Numbered from the stretch's first letter, positions 38,506 to 48,436 are shown. The stretch is 64,000 nucleotides of DNA from an uncultured Sphingomonadaceae bacterium (GCA_964251385.1 CAXUJK010000006.1:8280-72279), one strand, 5' to 3'. Made by a program: numbers and translations. Notes: generated by a model from the sequence alone, not told the origin.

Positions 38506-39492
38506 CTAAGCCGCGGGGTTCGCCGCGCTGGCCCGGATGGTGCCGTTGACGCCGGCGGGGAAGAAGCCGCCCTGCCTGGCCTCTGAACGGGTCAGATAAA
38601 CGATGTTCAGGACTTCGCCGGTCGTACGGCTGAACGCCAAACCGTTGCGATCCAGAGGAGCGATGTTCGATGCCTCGTTATCGGCCGGATCGCCGCGTCC
38701 CGGGCTGATCCCCTGATCGCGTTCACCGTTCCCGTCCAAGGTGTCGCGCGCATCGGAGATCTGATCCGCCGCGTCACGCAGGAACTTCGTTTCCACGCCG
38801 CGGGCGTAGAGGACCGTCCGCACCAGGCCGGCGTGGTAGGCTTCGACCGCGAGCAGACCCGCCGCCGCGCCGAGGAAGGTGGGGCTGGTGAGCAATGCGG
38901 CCGCGCCCTTGTAGGCCGTGACGCCCACATCCTCGAAGATGTACGCACCCAGCAGGAAGCTATTCTCGTCCGCATAGGGATCGAAGCTCGCCGGCAAACC
39001 GGCGGCGACAGCCGCGGCGGAGAAGGGACCCGCGGGCGTCCCGTCCGCATTGGCTCCGCCCCTGATGTCGATCGCGGGCTGCGCCACTGCGGCGGAGCCG
39101 AGCGCGGTGCGGAGGAAGCGCACATGGGCGATCTCGTCCAGCGCAATCTCGCGTGCGTACTGGCGGATGATCTCGCTCTGGAACGGAACGATGCGACCGC
39201 CGGTCACCGCGCCTTGCGTTCCGGTGGTGCCGGTCTGCAAATTGGCATCCAGACCCTGTCCGAACGATGCGAACGAGTAGAACTGCGCTTCCAGATATTC
39301 GAGGTTGAGCGCAAAGTTCAGGATGTCGTTGTCGGTTGGTGCCGCGGTCTGCGCCATCGCCGTCGTCCCGCTCAACGCGGTCGCACCGGACAGGAACGCC
39401 GTGCCGCCCATGCGCAGGAAGAAGTCGCGGCGGTCCTCGCGCCGCCGGGCGCGAGAGTCCATGACGTCGATCATCGTCTTCTCATCGGTCAT
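38506..39492 (-). CDS. Tat-exported ferritin-like domain protein, paralogue 2
   Basis: Trimmed to the ATG at 39492, which has a GGAG 8 nt upstream. Has the Tat motif DRRDFFLRMGG, then [20 protein letters not shown] and EIAHVRFLR. It aligns along its length with paralogue 1. Confidence 0.8.
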   Translation of the reverse strand: MTDEKTMIDVMDSRARRREDRRDFFLRMGGTAFLSGATALSGTTAMAQTAAPTDNDILNFALNLEYLEAQFYSFASFGQGLDANLQTGTTGTQGAVTGGRIVPFQSEIIRQYAREIALDEIAHVRFLRTALGSAAVAQPAIDIRGGANADGTPAGPFSAAAVAAGLPASFDPYADENSFLLGAYIFEDVGVTAYKGAAALLTSPTFLGAAAGLLAVEAYHAGLVRTVLYARGVETKFLRDAADQISDARDTLDGNGERDQGISPGRGDPADNEASNIAPLDRNGLAFSRTTGEVLNIVYLTRSEARQGGFFPAGVNGTIRASAANPAA

Positions 39493-39643
39493 GTAAGCGA
39501 CTCCATTCTGCGGTTTCATAAACTGGGACAACTTGCGCGCTCCTTTGTTCCGACGCCACGAGAAAATGGTAAATAGCGAGTACGCCTGCGTACGTTCATG
39601 TTTATTTTGATAACAAAGGTGAAGACTTTCATCGGGTGACAAC

Positions 39644-39671
39644 GTGCATCCGGACGCGTGCATCCGGACGC
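39644..39671. repeat. Tandem 14-bp direct repeat in the divergent promoter region
   Basis: GTGCATCCGGACGC occurs twice without a spacer, ending 24 bp upstream of the Crp/Fnr ATG. Confidence 0.8.
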
Positions 39672-39694
39672 GCTTGCGGTTCGTATGAGATGAC

Positions 39695-40498
39695 ATGGTG
39701 CCGACGCAGCAGACACGCTCCCGCAACACCCTGATCCGCGCCTTGAGCGCCGACGGGCATGCGGCGCTCGGCCCGCATCTGCACCGTGTCGAACTGCAAG
39801 GCGGCGAACGGATCGCGACCGGCGGCACCGCGATAGAAAGCGTCTGGTTCCCCGAAAGCGCGGTCGCCTCCTGCATGGAGGTGCTCGGGAAGACATGCGC
39901 GGTCGAGATCGGCATGGTCGGTTACGAGGGCCTGGTCGGCTGGCCGCTGTTGCTGGAGACGGACGCATCGATGCACGACGTCGCCGTTCACGTCGGCGGC
40001 ACCGCGTTGCGTGCCGAGGCGCGGGCCTTCGCGTCGGTGTGCGCGCGCGTGCCCGCCGTCGCCGCGCTCTTCCGTCGCTACGTCGCGAACCTGACGGTGC
40101 AGATCGGGCGGACCGCCATGTCCAACCTGCGCGATCCCGTGGAGCGGCGTTTGTCGCGCTGGCTTCTGATGTGCCACGACCGGCTCGACGGCGACGAGAT
40201 CGATCTGACGCACAAGAACATCGCGACGACGCTCGGCGTGCGCCGGGCGAGCGTTACGGACGGCCTCCACAATCTCGAGGGCGAGCATGTGATCAGCAAC
40301 CGCCGCGGGCATATCGTGATCAGCGACCGCCGCAAGCTGGAGCGTCTCGCGGGCGAGAGTTACGGCCATGCCGAAGCGCACTACACCCGCACGATCGCGC
40401 CTTTCGGCAAGACCGGCGAAGAACGGTCCGAGCGGAGACCTTTCTACGTGCGGGAGCCGGACCAATTCGCGATGCTCATACCAGCCGGCTCTGCGTGA
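39695..40498 (+). CDS. Crp/Fnr-family transcriptional regulator
   Basis: 267 aa. Has a cNMP-binding-like N-terminal domain and a C-terminal HTH ([29 protein letters not shown]). Its tail overlaps the pyrG 3' end by 23 bp. Confidence 0.8.
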   Translation: MVPTQQTRSRNTLIRALSADGHAALGPHLHRVELQGGERIATGGTAIESVWFPESAVASCMEVLGKTCAVEIGMVGYEGLVGWPLLLETDASMHDVAVHVGGTALRAEARAFASVCARVPAVAALFRRYVANLTVQIGRTAMSNLRDPVERRLSRWLLMCHDRLDGDEIDLTHKNIATTLGVRRASVTDGLHNLEGEHVISNRRGHIVISDRRKLERLAGESYGHAEAHYTRTIAPFGKTGEERSERRPFYVREPDQFAMLIPAGSA

Positions 40499-42107
40499 CC
40501 GCGGCCGCGATGAAGCTGGCGAAGAGCGGGTGCGGCGCGAACGGGCGGCTCTTCAGCTCCGGATGGAACTGGACGCCGACGAACCAGGGATGATCGGGGC
40601 GCTCGACGATTTCGGGCAGCGTCCCGTCGGGGCTCATGCCCGTGAACAACAGGCCGTCGCGTTCGAGCGCTTCGCGGTAGTGCACGTTGACCTCGTAACG
40701 ATGCCGGTGCCGCTCGCTGATCGTCGATCCGCCATAGACGGACGCGACCCGGCTGTTGCCCGCCAGCACGGCAGGGTAGGCGCCCAGCCGCATCGTGCCG
40801 CCGAGATCGCCCGTGACCGCGCGCCGTTGCGCAAGTCCGTCGGGATCCATCCATTCGGTGATCAGGCCGACGACGGGTTCGGCCGTGTCCCCGAACTCGG
40901 TGCTCGACGCGTCCGTGTGTCCCGCCGCGCGCGCGCCCTCGATGCAGGCCATCTGCATGCCGAGGCATATGCCGAAGAACGGTATGCGGCGTTCGCGCGC
41001 GAACCGCACCGCAGCGATCTTGCCTTCGCTGCCGCGCGTCCCGAACCCGCCGGGGACGAGGATCGCGTCGAGCGGCTCGAGCGCGGCGGCGGCATCCTCC
41101 CCGCGCTCGAAAAGTTCGGCATCCAGCCAGTCGATCCGTACCTTGACTCGGTGGGCGATACCCCCGTGGACGAGCGCTTCGGTCAGGCTCTTGTACGCGT
41201 CGGGCAGCCCGACATACTTGCCGACGACGCCGATCGTCACGTCTCCTTCGGAATTGTCGAGCCGGTCGCAGATGTCGACCCAGGCGGACAAATCGGGTTC
41301 GGGCGCATCGTGGATGCCGAACGCGCGCAGCGTTTCGGCGTCGAGGCCCTCGCGATGATATTGTAGCGGCACGGCGTAGATGGAGCGGGCGTCCAGCGCG
41401 GGGATGACCGCTTCCTTGCGGACGTTGCAGAACTGCGCGATTTTCGCCCGGTCGCCGTCGGGAAGCGGCCGGTCGCAGCGGCACAATAGCAGATCGGGCT
41501 GGATGCCCAAGGAAGTGAGCTCGCGTACGCTGTGCTGCGTCGGCTTGGTCTTGAGCTCGCCCGCAGCCGCGATGAAGGGGACGAGCGAGGCGTGGATCGA
41601 GAGCGTCCGGCCGCGTGGCAGATCGTTGCGCAGCTGGCGGATGGCTTCGATGAAAGGCAGGCTTTCGATGTCGCCGACCGTGCCACCGACTTCGCAGATG
41701 ACGAAGTCGAGGCCATCCGTGTCGGCCAAGGCGAACGCCTTGATCGCGTCGGTGACGTGCGGGACGACCTGCACGGTCGCGCCCAGATAATCGCCGCGCC
41801 GTTCGCGCGCGATGATGCCCTGATAGATCGCGCCGGTGGTGATGTTGTCGGTGCGCTTGGCCGCGACGCCGGTGAAACGTTCGTAGTGGCCGAGGTCGAG
41901 GTCGGTCTCCGCGCCGTCGTCCGTCACGAACACCTCGCCATGCTGATACGGCGACATCGTTCCCGGATCGACGTTGAGGTACGGGTCGAACTTGCGGATG
42001 CGGACGGAGTAGCCGCGCGCCTGCAGCAAGGCGGCGAGCGCGGCGGCCATGAGGCCTTTCCCCAACGAGGAGACCACGCCGCCGGTGATGAAGATGAACC
42101 GGGTCAT
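40476..42107 (-). CDS. pyrG: CTP synthase
   Basis: 543 aa. Contains [18 protein letters not shown] and the GATase motif GICLGMQ. Confidence 0.97.
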   Translation of the reverse strand: MTRFIFITGGVVSSLGKGLMAAALAALLQARGYSVRIRKFDPYLNVDPGTMSPYQHGEVFVTDDGAETDLDLGHYERFTGVAAKRTDNITTGAIYQGIIARERRGDYLGATVQVVPHVTDAIKAFALADTDGLDFVICEVGGTVGDIESLPFIEAIRQLRNDLPRGRTLSIHASLVPFIAAAGELKTKPTQHSVRELTSLGIQPDLLLCRCDRPLPDGDRAKIAQFCNVRKEAVIPALDARSIYAVPLQYHREGLDAETLRAFGIHDAPEPDLSAWVDICDRLDNSEGDVTIGVVGKYVGLPDAYKSLTEALVHGGIAHRVKVRIDWLDAELFERGEDAAAALEPLDAILVPGGFGTRGSEGKIAAVRFARERRIPFFGICLGMQMACIEGARAAGHTDASSTEFGDTAEPVVGLITEWMDPDGLAQRRAVTGDLGGTMRLGAYPAVLAGNSRVASVYGGSTISERHRHRYEVNVHYREALERDGLLFTGMSPDGTLPEIVERPDHPWFVGVQFHPELKSRPFAPHPLFASFIAAAVTQSRLV

Positions 42108-42177
42108 GGGAGGATGGGCTTAGGGGGTGGATGCGGATTCGGGCAAGGGCGAATGGATGCTCGGTTACGCGCCCCTT

Positions 42178-42270
42178 GTTTTCACTCGGGACGAACGAGC
42201 TTCGGTTTGTTCTTACGGTCTCGCATGAAGATCCCGGTCACCCCCGACCACGTTCGTCCCGAGCGAAAAC
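42178..42270. repeat. Long inverted repeat (20-bp arms, 1 mismatch, 53-nt spacer) between secG and pyrG
   Basis: Arms are GTTTTCACTCGGGACGAACG (42178-42197) and CGTTCGTCCCGAGCGAAAAC (42251-42270). It begins 10 nt past the secG stop. Confidence 0.8.
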
Positions 42271-42279
42271 GAGGAGCGC

Positions 42280-42702
42280 TTATTGCGCCAGCGGCACCGT
42301 GCTGTTGCCGACCGGAGCGGCCTGGTTCGCGACCTCGGCCAATGGATCAACCGGCCGCTCACCGATGGCGGGATTGGTCTGCGTGGCCGGATCATAGGGC
42401 GTCGTGCTCGGTGCCGGCGTCGTCGCGGGGTCGCGGGCAAGCCGCGTATCGACAGTCGCGGGCGTGCGCCCGACGGTGGCGAGCGCGGCGAGCGCGATCG
42501 ACAGGACCACGAACGCGCCGCCCAGGATCGCGGTCGCGCGCGTCAGGAAGTCGGCGGCGCCGCGCGCGGTCATCAGGCCGGACGACGATCCCCCGACGCC
42601 CAGGCCGCCGCCTTCGGAACGCTGCATCAGGATAACGGTGACGAGCCCCGCCGAAACGAGGATCTGGAGGACGAGCAGGATGTTGAACAGCATGGACGTC
42701 AT
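42280..42702 (-). CDS. secG: Preprotein translocase subunit SecG
   Basis: Starts MTSMLFNILLVLQILVSAGLVTVILMQRSEGGGLG and has a second TM helix. It lies downstream of tpiA, which is the classic synteny. Confidence 0.9.
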   Translation of the reverse strand: MTSMLFNILLVLQILVSAGLVTVILMQRSEGGGLGVGGSSSGLMTARGAADFLTRATAILGGAFVVLSIALAALATVGRTPATVDTRLARDPATTPAPSTTPYDPATQTNPAIGERPVDPLAEVANQAAPVGNSTVPLAQ

Positions 42703-42724
42703 CTAGACGCCGCGCGCGCCCACA

Positions 42725-43480
42725 TCAACCAGTCGGCAGACCACCGGCCGCAGCCTCGATGATCGGAACGAACGCGGATGCGGTCAGGCTCGCGCCGCCG
42801 ACCAGCGCGCCGTCGACATCCGGCACCGCGAACAGTTCGGCCGCATTCTCCGCCTTGACGGAACCTCCGTAAAGGATGCGCGTCCCCTCGCCCGCCGATC
42901 CTAAGCGGGCGACGAGGCGGCAGCGGATCGCGGCGTGCATCTCGGCCACGTCTCCGACCGACGCGGTCTTGCCCGTGCCGATCGCCCAGATGGGTTCGTA
43001 GGCCACGACGAGACGATCGGACGTGTCGGGCAGCGAGCCGTCCAGCTGCGCTTCGACCGTCGCGACGTGAATGCCCGCGTCGCGCTCCGCCTCGCTTTCG
43101 CCCACGCACAGGATCGTCGTCATGCCCGCCGCGATGGCGGCGGCGGCCTTGGCGCGCACGCCTGCGTCGGATTCGCGGTGCTCGTCGCGCCGTTCGGAAT
43201 GGCCGACGATGACGTAGCGCGCGCCCGCCTCGCGCAGCATGGCGGCGGACACGCTTCCGGTGCGCGCGCCGCTCTCGAGCGCATGAACATCCTGCGCGCC
43301 GATCGGCAGCCCCGGAACACGGGCGGCCGCTGGCGCGATCAGCGTGAAGGGCACGCACACGGCGACCTCGACCGCCACCTGCTCGTCGGCGACCGACGCC
43401 GCGACCCCGTCGAGCTCGGCGAGCGCGGCCAGCGATCCGTTCATCTTCCAGTTTCCGGCGATCAGCTTACGGCGGTTCAT
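42725..43480 (-). CDS. tpiA: Triosephosphate isomerase
   Basis: Trimmed to the ATG at 43480 (MNRRKLIAGNWKMNG). Contains VGHSERR, YEPIWAIGTG and GGAS. Confidence 0.95.
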   Translation of the reverse strand: MNRRKLIAGNWKMNGSLAALAELDGVAASVADEQVAVEVAVCVPFTLIAPAAARVPGLPIGAQDVHALESGARTGSVSAAMLREAGARYVIVGHSERRDEHRESDAGVRAKAAAAIAAGMTTILCVGESEAERDAGIHVATVEAQLDGSLPDTSDRLVVAYEPIWAIGTGKTASVGDVAEMHAAIRCRLVARLGSAGEGTRILYGGSVKAENAAELFAVPDVDGALVGGASLTASAFVPIIEAAAGGLPTG

Positions 43481-43595
43481 GCATGTTCCCTCTCGTCGAA
43501 CAGGCAGATGCGCGAAAGCCGGGTGGCCGCGCAAGCTTGCCGCTCCCGCCGCCCGCCCGTAAGACCCGCGACCTGCCCAAACTCCCGGACGGTTC

Positions 43596-45542
43596 ATGAT
43601 CACTCAACTGCGTCGAAGCTCAAAGCGGCCGATCTTTCTCGGCATCCTCGCGCTGATCGCGATCGCGTTCGTGATCACGGGCATCAACGCGCCCGGATCG
43701 ACGGGGCTTGGCAGCGGGCTCGGCGCGCAGTCACTGGCGAGCGTCGACGGCGTCGACGTCACCGTCGCGGAAGTGACCGATCAGGCGCAACGCCAGCTCG
43801 AGGCGGCACGCCAGCAGGATCCGACTGCCGACATTGGCAAGCTGGTCGCGGCGGGCGGCATCGAGCAGGTCATCGACGGCCTGCTGTCGCAACGCGCGGT
43901 GCGGGCGTTCGCCGACGACATCGGCATGCGCGTCAGCAAGGCGCTGGTCGATGGCCAGATCGCGAGCCTCGACGCGTTCAAGGACCTGCGCGGAAAGTTC
44001 AGCCAGGACATCTACAACGCCAAGCTGAAGGGGCAGAGAATTACGGACCAGCAGCTGCGCGACGATCTGTACGCGACCACGATCCAGCGCCAGATCCTGA
44101 TCCCCGCGGGCGCGGGGTCGCGCGTGCCGCTGGGCGTTGCGCAGCCTTATGCGGCGATGCTGCTGGAAAGCCGCACGGGGTTGGTCGGCATCGTCCCGAC
44201 CGCCGACATCGCGCGCGTGACCGAGCCGAACGAGGCGCAGCTCGCCGCGTTTTATCAACAGAACCGCGCGCGCTACGTCATTCCCGAACGCCGCGTCGTC
44301 CGGTACGCGCTGATCGGCCCGGAACAGTCGGTCACGCCTCCGCCGACGGACGCGGAAATCGCGGCCGACTACCGCGCCAACGCCGCGACCTATGCGGGCA
44401 AGGAGACGCGCGTCCTCAGCCAGGTCGTGCTATCGACCGAAGCAACCGCACGCGCTCTGGCCGCGCGCGTCGCGGGCGGACAGACTTTTGTCGCCGCCGC
44501 GGCCGCCGACGGGTTCGGCGCTGGCGACATTTCGCTCGGGCCGCAGGACAAGGCCGCCTTCGCTCGGCTGACGTCGGACGCGGTCGCGAACACGGTCTTC
44601 GGCGCGGCCGAGGGCGCGGTCGCGGGCCCGTTGCAGTCGCCGCTCGGCTGGCACGTCGTCAGGGTCGACGAAGTCCGCCGCACGCAGGGGCGTCCGCTGG
44701 CGGCCGTCCGGAACGAGATCGCGACGCGACTGGGGGCGGAGAAATCGGCGAACGCGCTGACCGACCTCGTGGGGCAGATCGAGGAGCAGATCGCGGACGG
44801 GTCCAGCCTCGCCGACGTTGCCGCCGCGCGCAAACTGGCGGTCGTGACCACCCCGCCGATCACGTCCGCGGGCGCCGCGCCCGGACAGCCCGCGTACCGC
44901 CCCGGTCCCGAACTCCAGCCGCTGCTCGCCAACGCGTTCGCCGCCGCGCCCGACGAAGACCCGACCGTGGACGCGATCCCGGGCACGAACCGTTACGCGA
45001 TCGTCGCGGTCGACCGCATCGTTCCCGCCGCGCCACCCCCGCTCGCGGCCGTGATTACGGATGTGCGCGAGGATTATAAGGGCAAGCTCGCGTTCGACGC
45101 CGCCCGCGCGACCGCGACCGAGATCGTGCGCAAGGTGAACGGGGGTACGCCGATCTCGCGCGCGTTCGCGGACGCGGGCGTGCGGCTGGGTGCGCCGCGT
45201 CCGGTGACCGCGCGTCGGCTCGACGTCGCGCGCGCGAACCGCGAGATTCCACCGCCGATCCAGATGCTGTTCAGCCTGCCCGAGGGCCGCGCGCGCCTGC
45301 TCGCCGCGCCGGGCAACGCGGGCTTCTTCGTCGTCCACCTGACCGACATCGTGCCCGGCGACGCAGGCACCTCCCCCGGCCTGATCGAGGCGACGCGCGC
45401 GCAGTTCAGCCAGGCGGCGGGGCAGGAATATGTCGAACAGTTCGTGGGTGCCGTGCGCGGCGGCAAGAAGATCGTGCGCGACCAGGCGGCGATCACGCGG
45501 CTGAAGAAGCAACTGGACGGCACGGTGTCCGCGACGCGCTGA
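43596..45542 (+). CDS. PpiD/SurA-like periplasmic chaperone (membrane-anchored, PPIase-domain family)
   Basis: 648 aa. It has an N-terminal TM anchor (IFLGILALIAIAFVITG), a SurA_N-like region and a parvulin-like segment (SPLGWHVVRVDE). Confidence 0.75.
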   Translation: MITQLRRSSKRPIFLGILALIAIAFVITGINAPGSTGLGSGLGAQSLASVDGVDVTVAEVTDQAQRQLEAARQQDPTADIGKLVAAGGIEQVIDGLLSQRAVRAFADDIGMRVSKALVDGQIASLDAFKDLRGKFSQDIYNAKLKGQRITDQQLRDDLYATTIQRQILIPAGAGSRVPLGVAQPYAAMLLESRTGLVGIVPTADIARVTEPNEAQLAAFYQQNRARYVIPERRVVRYALIGPEQSVTPPPTDAEIAADYRANAATYAGKETRVLSQVVLSTEATARALAARVAGGQTFVAAAAADGFGAGDISLGPQDKAAFARLTSDAVANTVFGAAEGAVAGPLQSPLGWHVVRVDEVRRTQGRPLAAVRNEIATRLGAEKSANALTDLVGQIEEQIADGSSLADVAAARKLAVVTTPPITSAGAAPGQPAYRPGPELQPLLANAFAAAPDEDPTVDAIPGTNRYAIVAVDRIVPAAPPPLAAVITDVREDYKGKLAFDAARATATEIVRKVNGGTPISRAFADAGVRLGAPRPVTARRLDVARANREIPPPIQMLFSLPEGRARLLAAPGNAGFFVVHLTDIVPGDAGTSPGLIEATRAQFSQAAGQEYVEQFVGAVRGGKKIVRDQAAITRLKKQLDGTVSATR

Positions 45543-45544
45543 CC

Positions 45545-46132
45545 GTGCGCGTCCTGCTCGTCGACAACTACGACAGCTTTACGTGGAACCTCGTCCACTA
45601 CCTCATCACGCTCGGCGCGGATGTCGACGTTCGCCGCAACGATGCCGTGGGCGCAGACGAAGCACGGGGGTATGAGGCCATCGTCATCTCGCCCGGCCCA
45701 GGTTCGCCCGGCGAAGCGGGCGTATCGCTCGGGATCGTCGCCACCTGCGTCGCCGCGCGTGTGCCGCTGCTCGGCGTGTGCCTCGGTCATCAGGCGATCG
45801 GGCAGCATTTCGGCGGAACGATCGTGCGGGCACCTACGGTCATGCATGGCAAGACATCCAACATGTCGCACGACGGTACCGGGCTTTTCGCCGGCCTGCC
45901 ATCCCCCTTTGTCGCGACGCGCTACCATTCGCTGATCGTCGCGGAGATGCCGTCATGCCTCGTCGCGACCGCCCACGCGCCCGACGGCACGATCATGGCA
46001 CTGGCCCATCGCAAGCTCCCCATCCATGGCGTTCAATTCCACCCCGAGAGCGTCGCGAGCGAGCATGGCCACGCGCTGCTTGCCAACTTCCTGCGCCTTG
46101 CCGGCGTCGCAGCTTCGTCAAAAGGCGCTTGA
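45545..46132 (+). CDS. trpG: Glutamine amidotransferase subunit of anthranilate / aminodeoxychorismate synthase
   Basis: 195 aa. Contains VLLVDNYDSFTWNL, GVCLGHQ and HGVQFHPES. Confidence 0.9.
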   Translation: MRVLLVDNYDSFTWNLVHYLITLGADVDVRRNDAVGADEARGYEAIVISPGPGSPGEAGVSLGIVATCVAARVPLLGVCLGHQAIGQHFGGTIVRAPTVMHGKTSNMSHDGTGLFAGLPSPFVATRYHSLIVAEMPSCLVATAHAPDGTIMALAHRKLPIHGVQFHPESVASEHGHALLANFLRLAGVAASSKGA

Positions 46133-46157
46133 CAGGGCCGCACCCGGTTGCCTAGTT

Positions 46158-46172
46158 GTTCCGCATTCGTTC
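46158..46172 (+). promoter_or_regulatory. LexA operator (SOS box GTTC-N7-GTTC), autoregulatory
   Basis: GTTCcgcattcGTTC lies 21 nt upstream of the lexA ATG. Confidence 0.7.
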
Positions 46173-46192
46173 CCGACAAAAGGCATGCGGCG

Positions 46193-46849
46193 ATGCTGAC
46201 CACCAAGCAACATCAGCTGTTGTGCTTCATTCACGATCGGCTGGGTGAGACCGGCGTGTCACCTTCGTTCGAGGAAATGAAGGACGCGCTGGATCTGCGA
46301 TCCAAGTCGGGCGTGCACCGCCTCATTTCCGCATTGGAGGAACGCAACTTCATCCGTCGCCTGCCCAATCGCGCGCGCGCGCTGGAAGTGACGCGCATGC
46401 CGGAACGGACCCGCGCCGAACCGGCCAGATCCGCGGCCAAGCCGAAAGTTTTGCCAATCGCGGCCAACGACGTCATCGAACTGCCGCTGCACGGCCGCAT
46501 CGCCGCGGGCCTGCCCGTCGAGGCGATCGAGGGGCAGTCGAGCCTTTCCGTTCCCGCCGCCCTGCTCGGCCCGGGCGAGCATTACGCATTGGAGGTCGCC
46601 GGAGACTCGATGGTCGAGGAGGGCATTCTCGACGGCGACTACGCACTTATCCGTAAGACCGACTCCGCGCGGGACGGCGAGATCGTCGTCGCGCTGATCG
46701 ACGACAGCGAGGCGACCCTCAAAACCTTCCGCCGCGAAGGCAACATGATCCGCCTCGATCCCGCCAACCGCAACTATGCGCCGCAGCGCTACAGCCCCGG
46801 TCAGGTGCGCATTCAGGGACGATTGTCCGGACTGCTTCGGCGCTACTGA
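46193..46849 (+). CDS. lexA: LexA repressor
   Basis: Trimmed to the ATG at 46193 ([17 protein letters not shown]). Contains the cleavage region LHGRIAAG and the Ser/Lys dyad context GDSM...ATLKTF. Confidence 0.95.
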   Translation: MLTTKQHQLLCFIHDRLGETGVSPSFEEMKDALDLRSKSGVHRLISALEERNFIRRLPNRARALEVTRMPERTRAEPARSAAKPKVLPIAANDVIELPLHGRIAAGLPVEAIEGQSSLSVPAALLGPGEHYALEVAGDSMVEEGILDGDYALIRKTDSARDGEIVVALIDDSEATLKTFRREGNMIRLDPANRNYAPQRYSPGQVRIQGRLSGLLRRY

Positions 46850-46862
46850 AGCGCCCGTTCAG

Positions 46863-47471
46863 TCAACTGTCCTCGGGTTCGTCCGGCCGGTCCGGGTTGA
46901 TCCGCACGAGGACGTACGTAGCGGTTTCGCTTTCGAGCAGGGGATCGAACAGCCATCGCGCGCGGATCAGATCGAGCACCTGCGCGTCGAGCGCGGCATC
47001 GCCTGTGCCGAACGATAGGATTGCGTCTTCGACATAGCCGAGACGCGCGACGCGGATGCAGGCGATCACCGGCTGACGATTGCCGATCGTACTCCGGGGA
47101 AGTCCAAACGGCTTGGGCGCAACCCGCAACCGCGAACGCGGGCCTGACGTCGCGTCGACGCATGGCGGCACCGCATCCGCCGGCCTGACATGTCCCGCGT
47201 AGGGCAAGCCCGTACCCCGCGCGATGATGTAGGGTGCGCCGTTATGGACGAACGGGGTCTCGGCCGGTGATGACGACGCTCCCCGGCTTCGGCCTCCCGA
47301 GGCACCGTGGAAGAACCGCAGCATCACGACCGTAGGTCGCGACGCCTCCGCGTGATTACACGTCGATCCGCAACAGGCCGGTGTCGCTGCGGCGGAGAAG
47401 ATCGCCGCACCCAAGCCGTTGCACATCAACGATGCCGAGGCGGCGAGCATGCGAACGCGGCGTACGGACAT
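46863..47471 (-). CDS. Secreted hypothetical protein with a TonB-C-like C-terminal region (tentative)
   Basis: Has the signal peptide MSVRRVRMLAASASLMCNGLGAAIFSAAA. The C-terminus reads ...VEDAILSFGTGDAALDAQVLDLIRARWLFDP. Confidence 0.5.
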   Translation of the reverse strand: MSVRRVRMLAASASLMCNGLGAAIFSAAATPACCGSTCNHAEASRPTVVMLRFFHGASGGRSRGASSSPAETPFVHNGAPYIIARGTGLPYAGHVRPADAVPPCVDATSGPRSRLRVAPKPFGLPRSTIGNRQPVIACIRVARLGYVEDAILSFGTGDAALDAQVLDLIRARWLFDPLLESETATYVLVRINPDRPDEPEDS

Positions 47472-47560
47472 CCCGCCACTCCATCAGATCAACTGCCATG
47501 TTATAACAGATTGCGGCTGCATTGACAGCCGAGGTGAAGCGGTAAGTTCGCGCGGCGAGG

Positions 47561-48427
47561 CTACGGCGTTGCCGACCGCTCCTTCGCCAGGTCGGCGCGG
47601 AAGGCGGTTTCGGCGCTTGTGACGCGGCGGGGCAGCTCCCCGGGATCGACGAAGGCAAGCGGATCGCCGGCGTCCAGCCGCTTGCGCTTGCCTGCAAGGT
47701 CGAAGAACTCGCCGTGGTAGTTGAGGAACACGTCGGCACGTATGCCGCGCAGCTTGGCGAAGGTCCGCCGAAAGTCGGCGGCGGCGTTCGGGTACTTGGC
47801 GTCGTTCACCAGCGGCTGGCCTGCCGCGGTCAGGCTGCACGCGAACACCACGTCGAGCGGGCGACCCGCTTCGACGACGCGCATCGTCCAGCTCGTGCAG
47901 CCCTTTGTATGGCCGGGCGTCAGGTGCGTCGTCAGAACCGTCCGGCCCAGCCGTACGCGCTGTCCGTCACGCAGCGTGGCGTCGACCTTGACCGCCGGGA
48001 ACGGCCAGGACTCCGTACGATACGCGATGCGCCCGCTTTCCAGCTCGGGCCGGTCGCCCGCGCTCGCCAGCAGCCGCGCGCCCGTCAGCTGCTTGAGGCG
48101 GGCCAGCCCGCCCGCGTGATCCATGTGCGCGTGGTTGACGAGCAGGACATCGACGTCGGACAGCCGGAACCCCAGCCGCCGGATATTGCCCGCGATCTGG
48201 TCCGCGCTTTCGGGCATCGCGCCGTCGATCAGGATGTGGCCCCGCGTGCCCGTGATCAGGTAGGCGGCGAGCTGCTCGGTGCCGACATAATGGATATTGC
48301 CGACGATTCGGAACGGCGCGATCGGGCGGTTCCATACGGGCCGTTACTCGCGCGATTGCGGGATGACCGCGCCGGGCATCGCCAGCATCACCGTTGCCGC
48401 CAGGCTCATCAAGATCCGTTTCGTCAT
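47561..48427 (-). pseudogene. Subclass B3 metallo-beta-lactamase-fold hydrolase interrupted by an in-frame TAA
   Basis: The ATG at 48427 opens a signal peptide, MTKRILMSLAATVMLAMPGAVIPQSRE. A TAA follows at 48346-48344. The same frame then continues RPVWNRPIAPFRIVGNIHYVGTEQLAAYLITGTRGHILIDG...NHAHMDHAGG...TPGHTKGC...NYHGE. The first start codon after the stop is at 48217, inside the fold. Confidence 0.7.
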
Positions 48428-48436
48428 GAACCCTCG

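Noticed and set aside
46857-46871. GTTCagtcaacTGTC immediately after the lexA stop.
   Set aside because: It has one mismatch in the second repeat. It also lies between two gene 3' ends, where an operator would have no obvious target.
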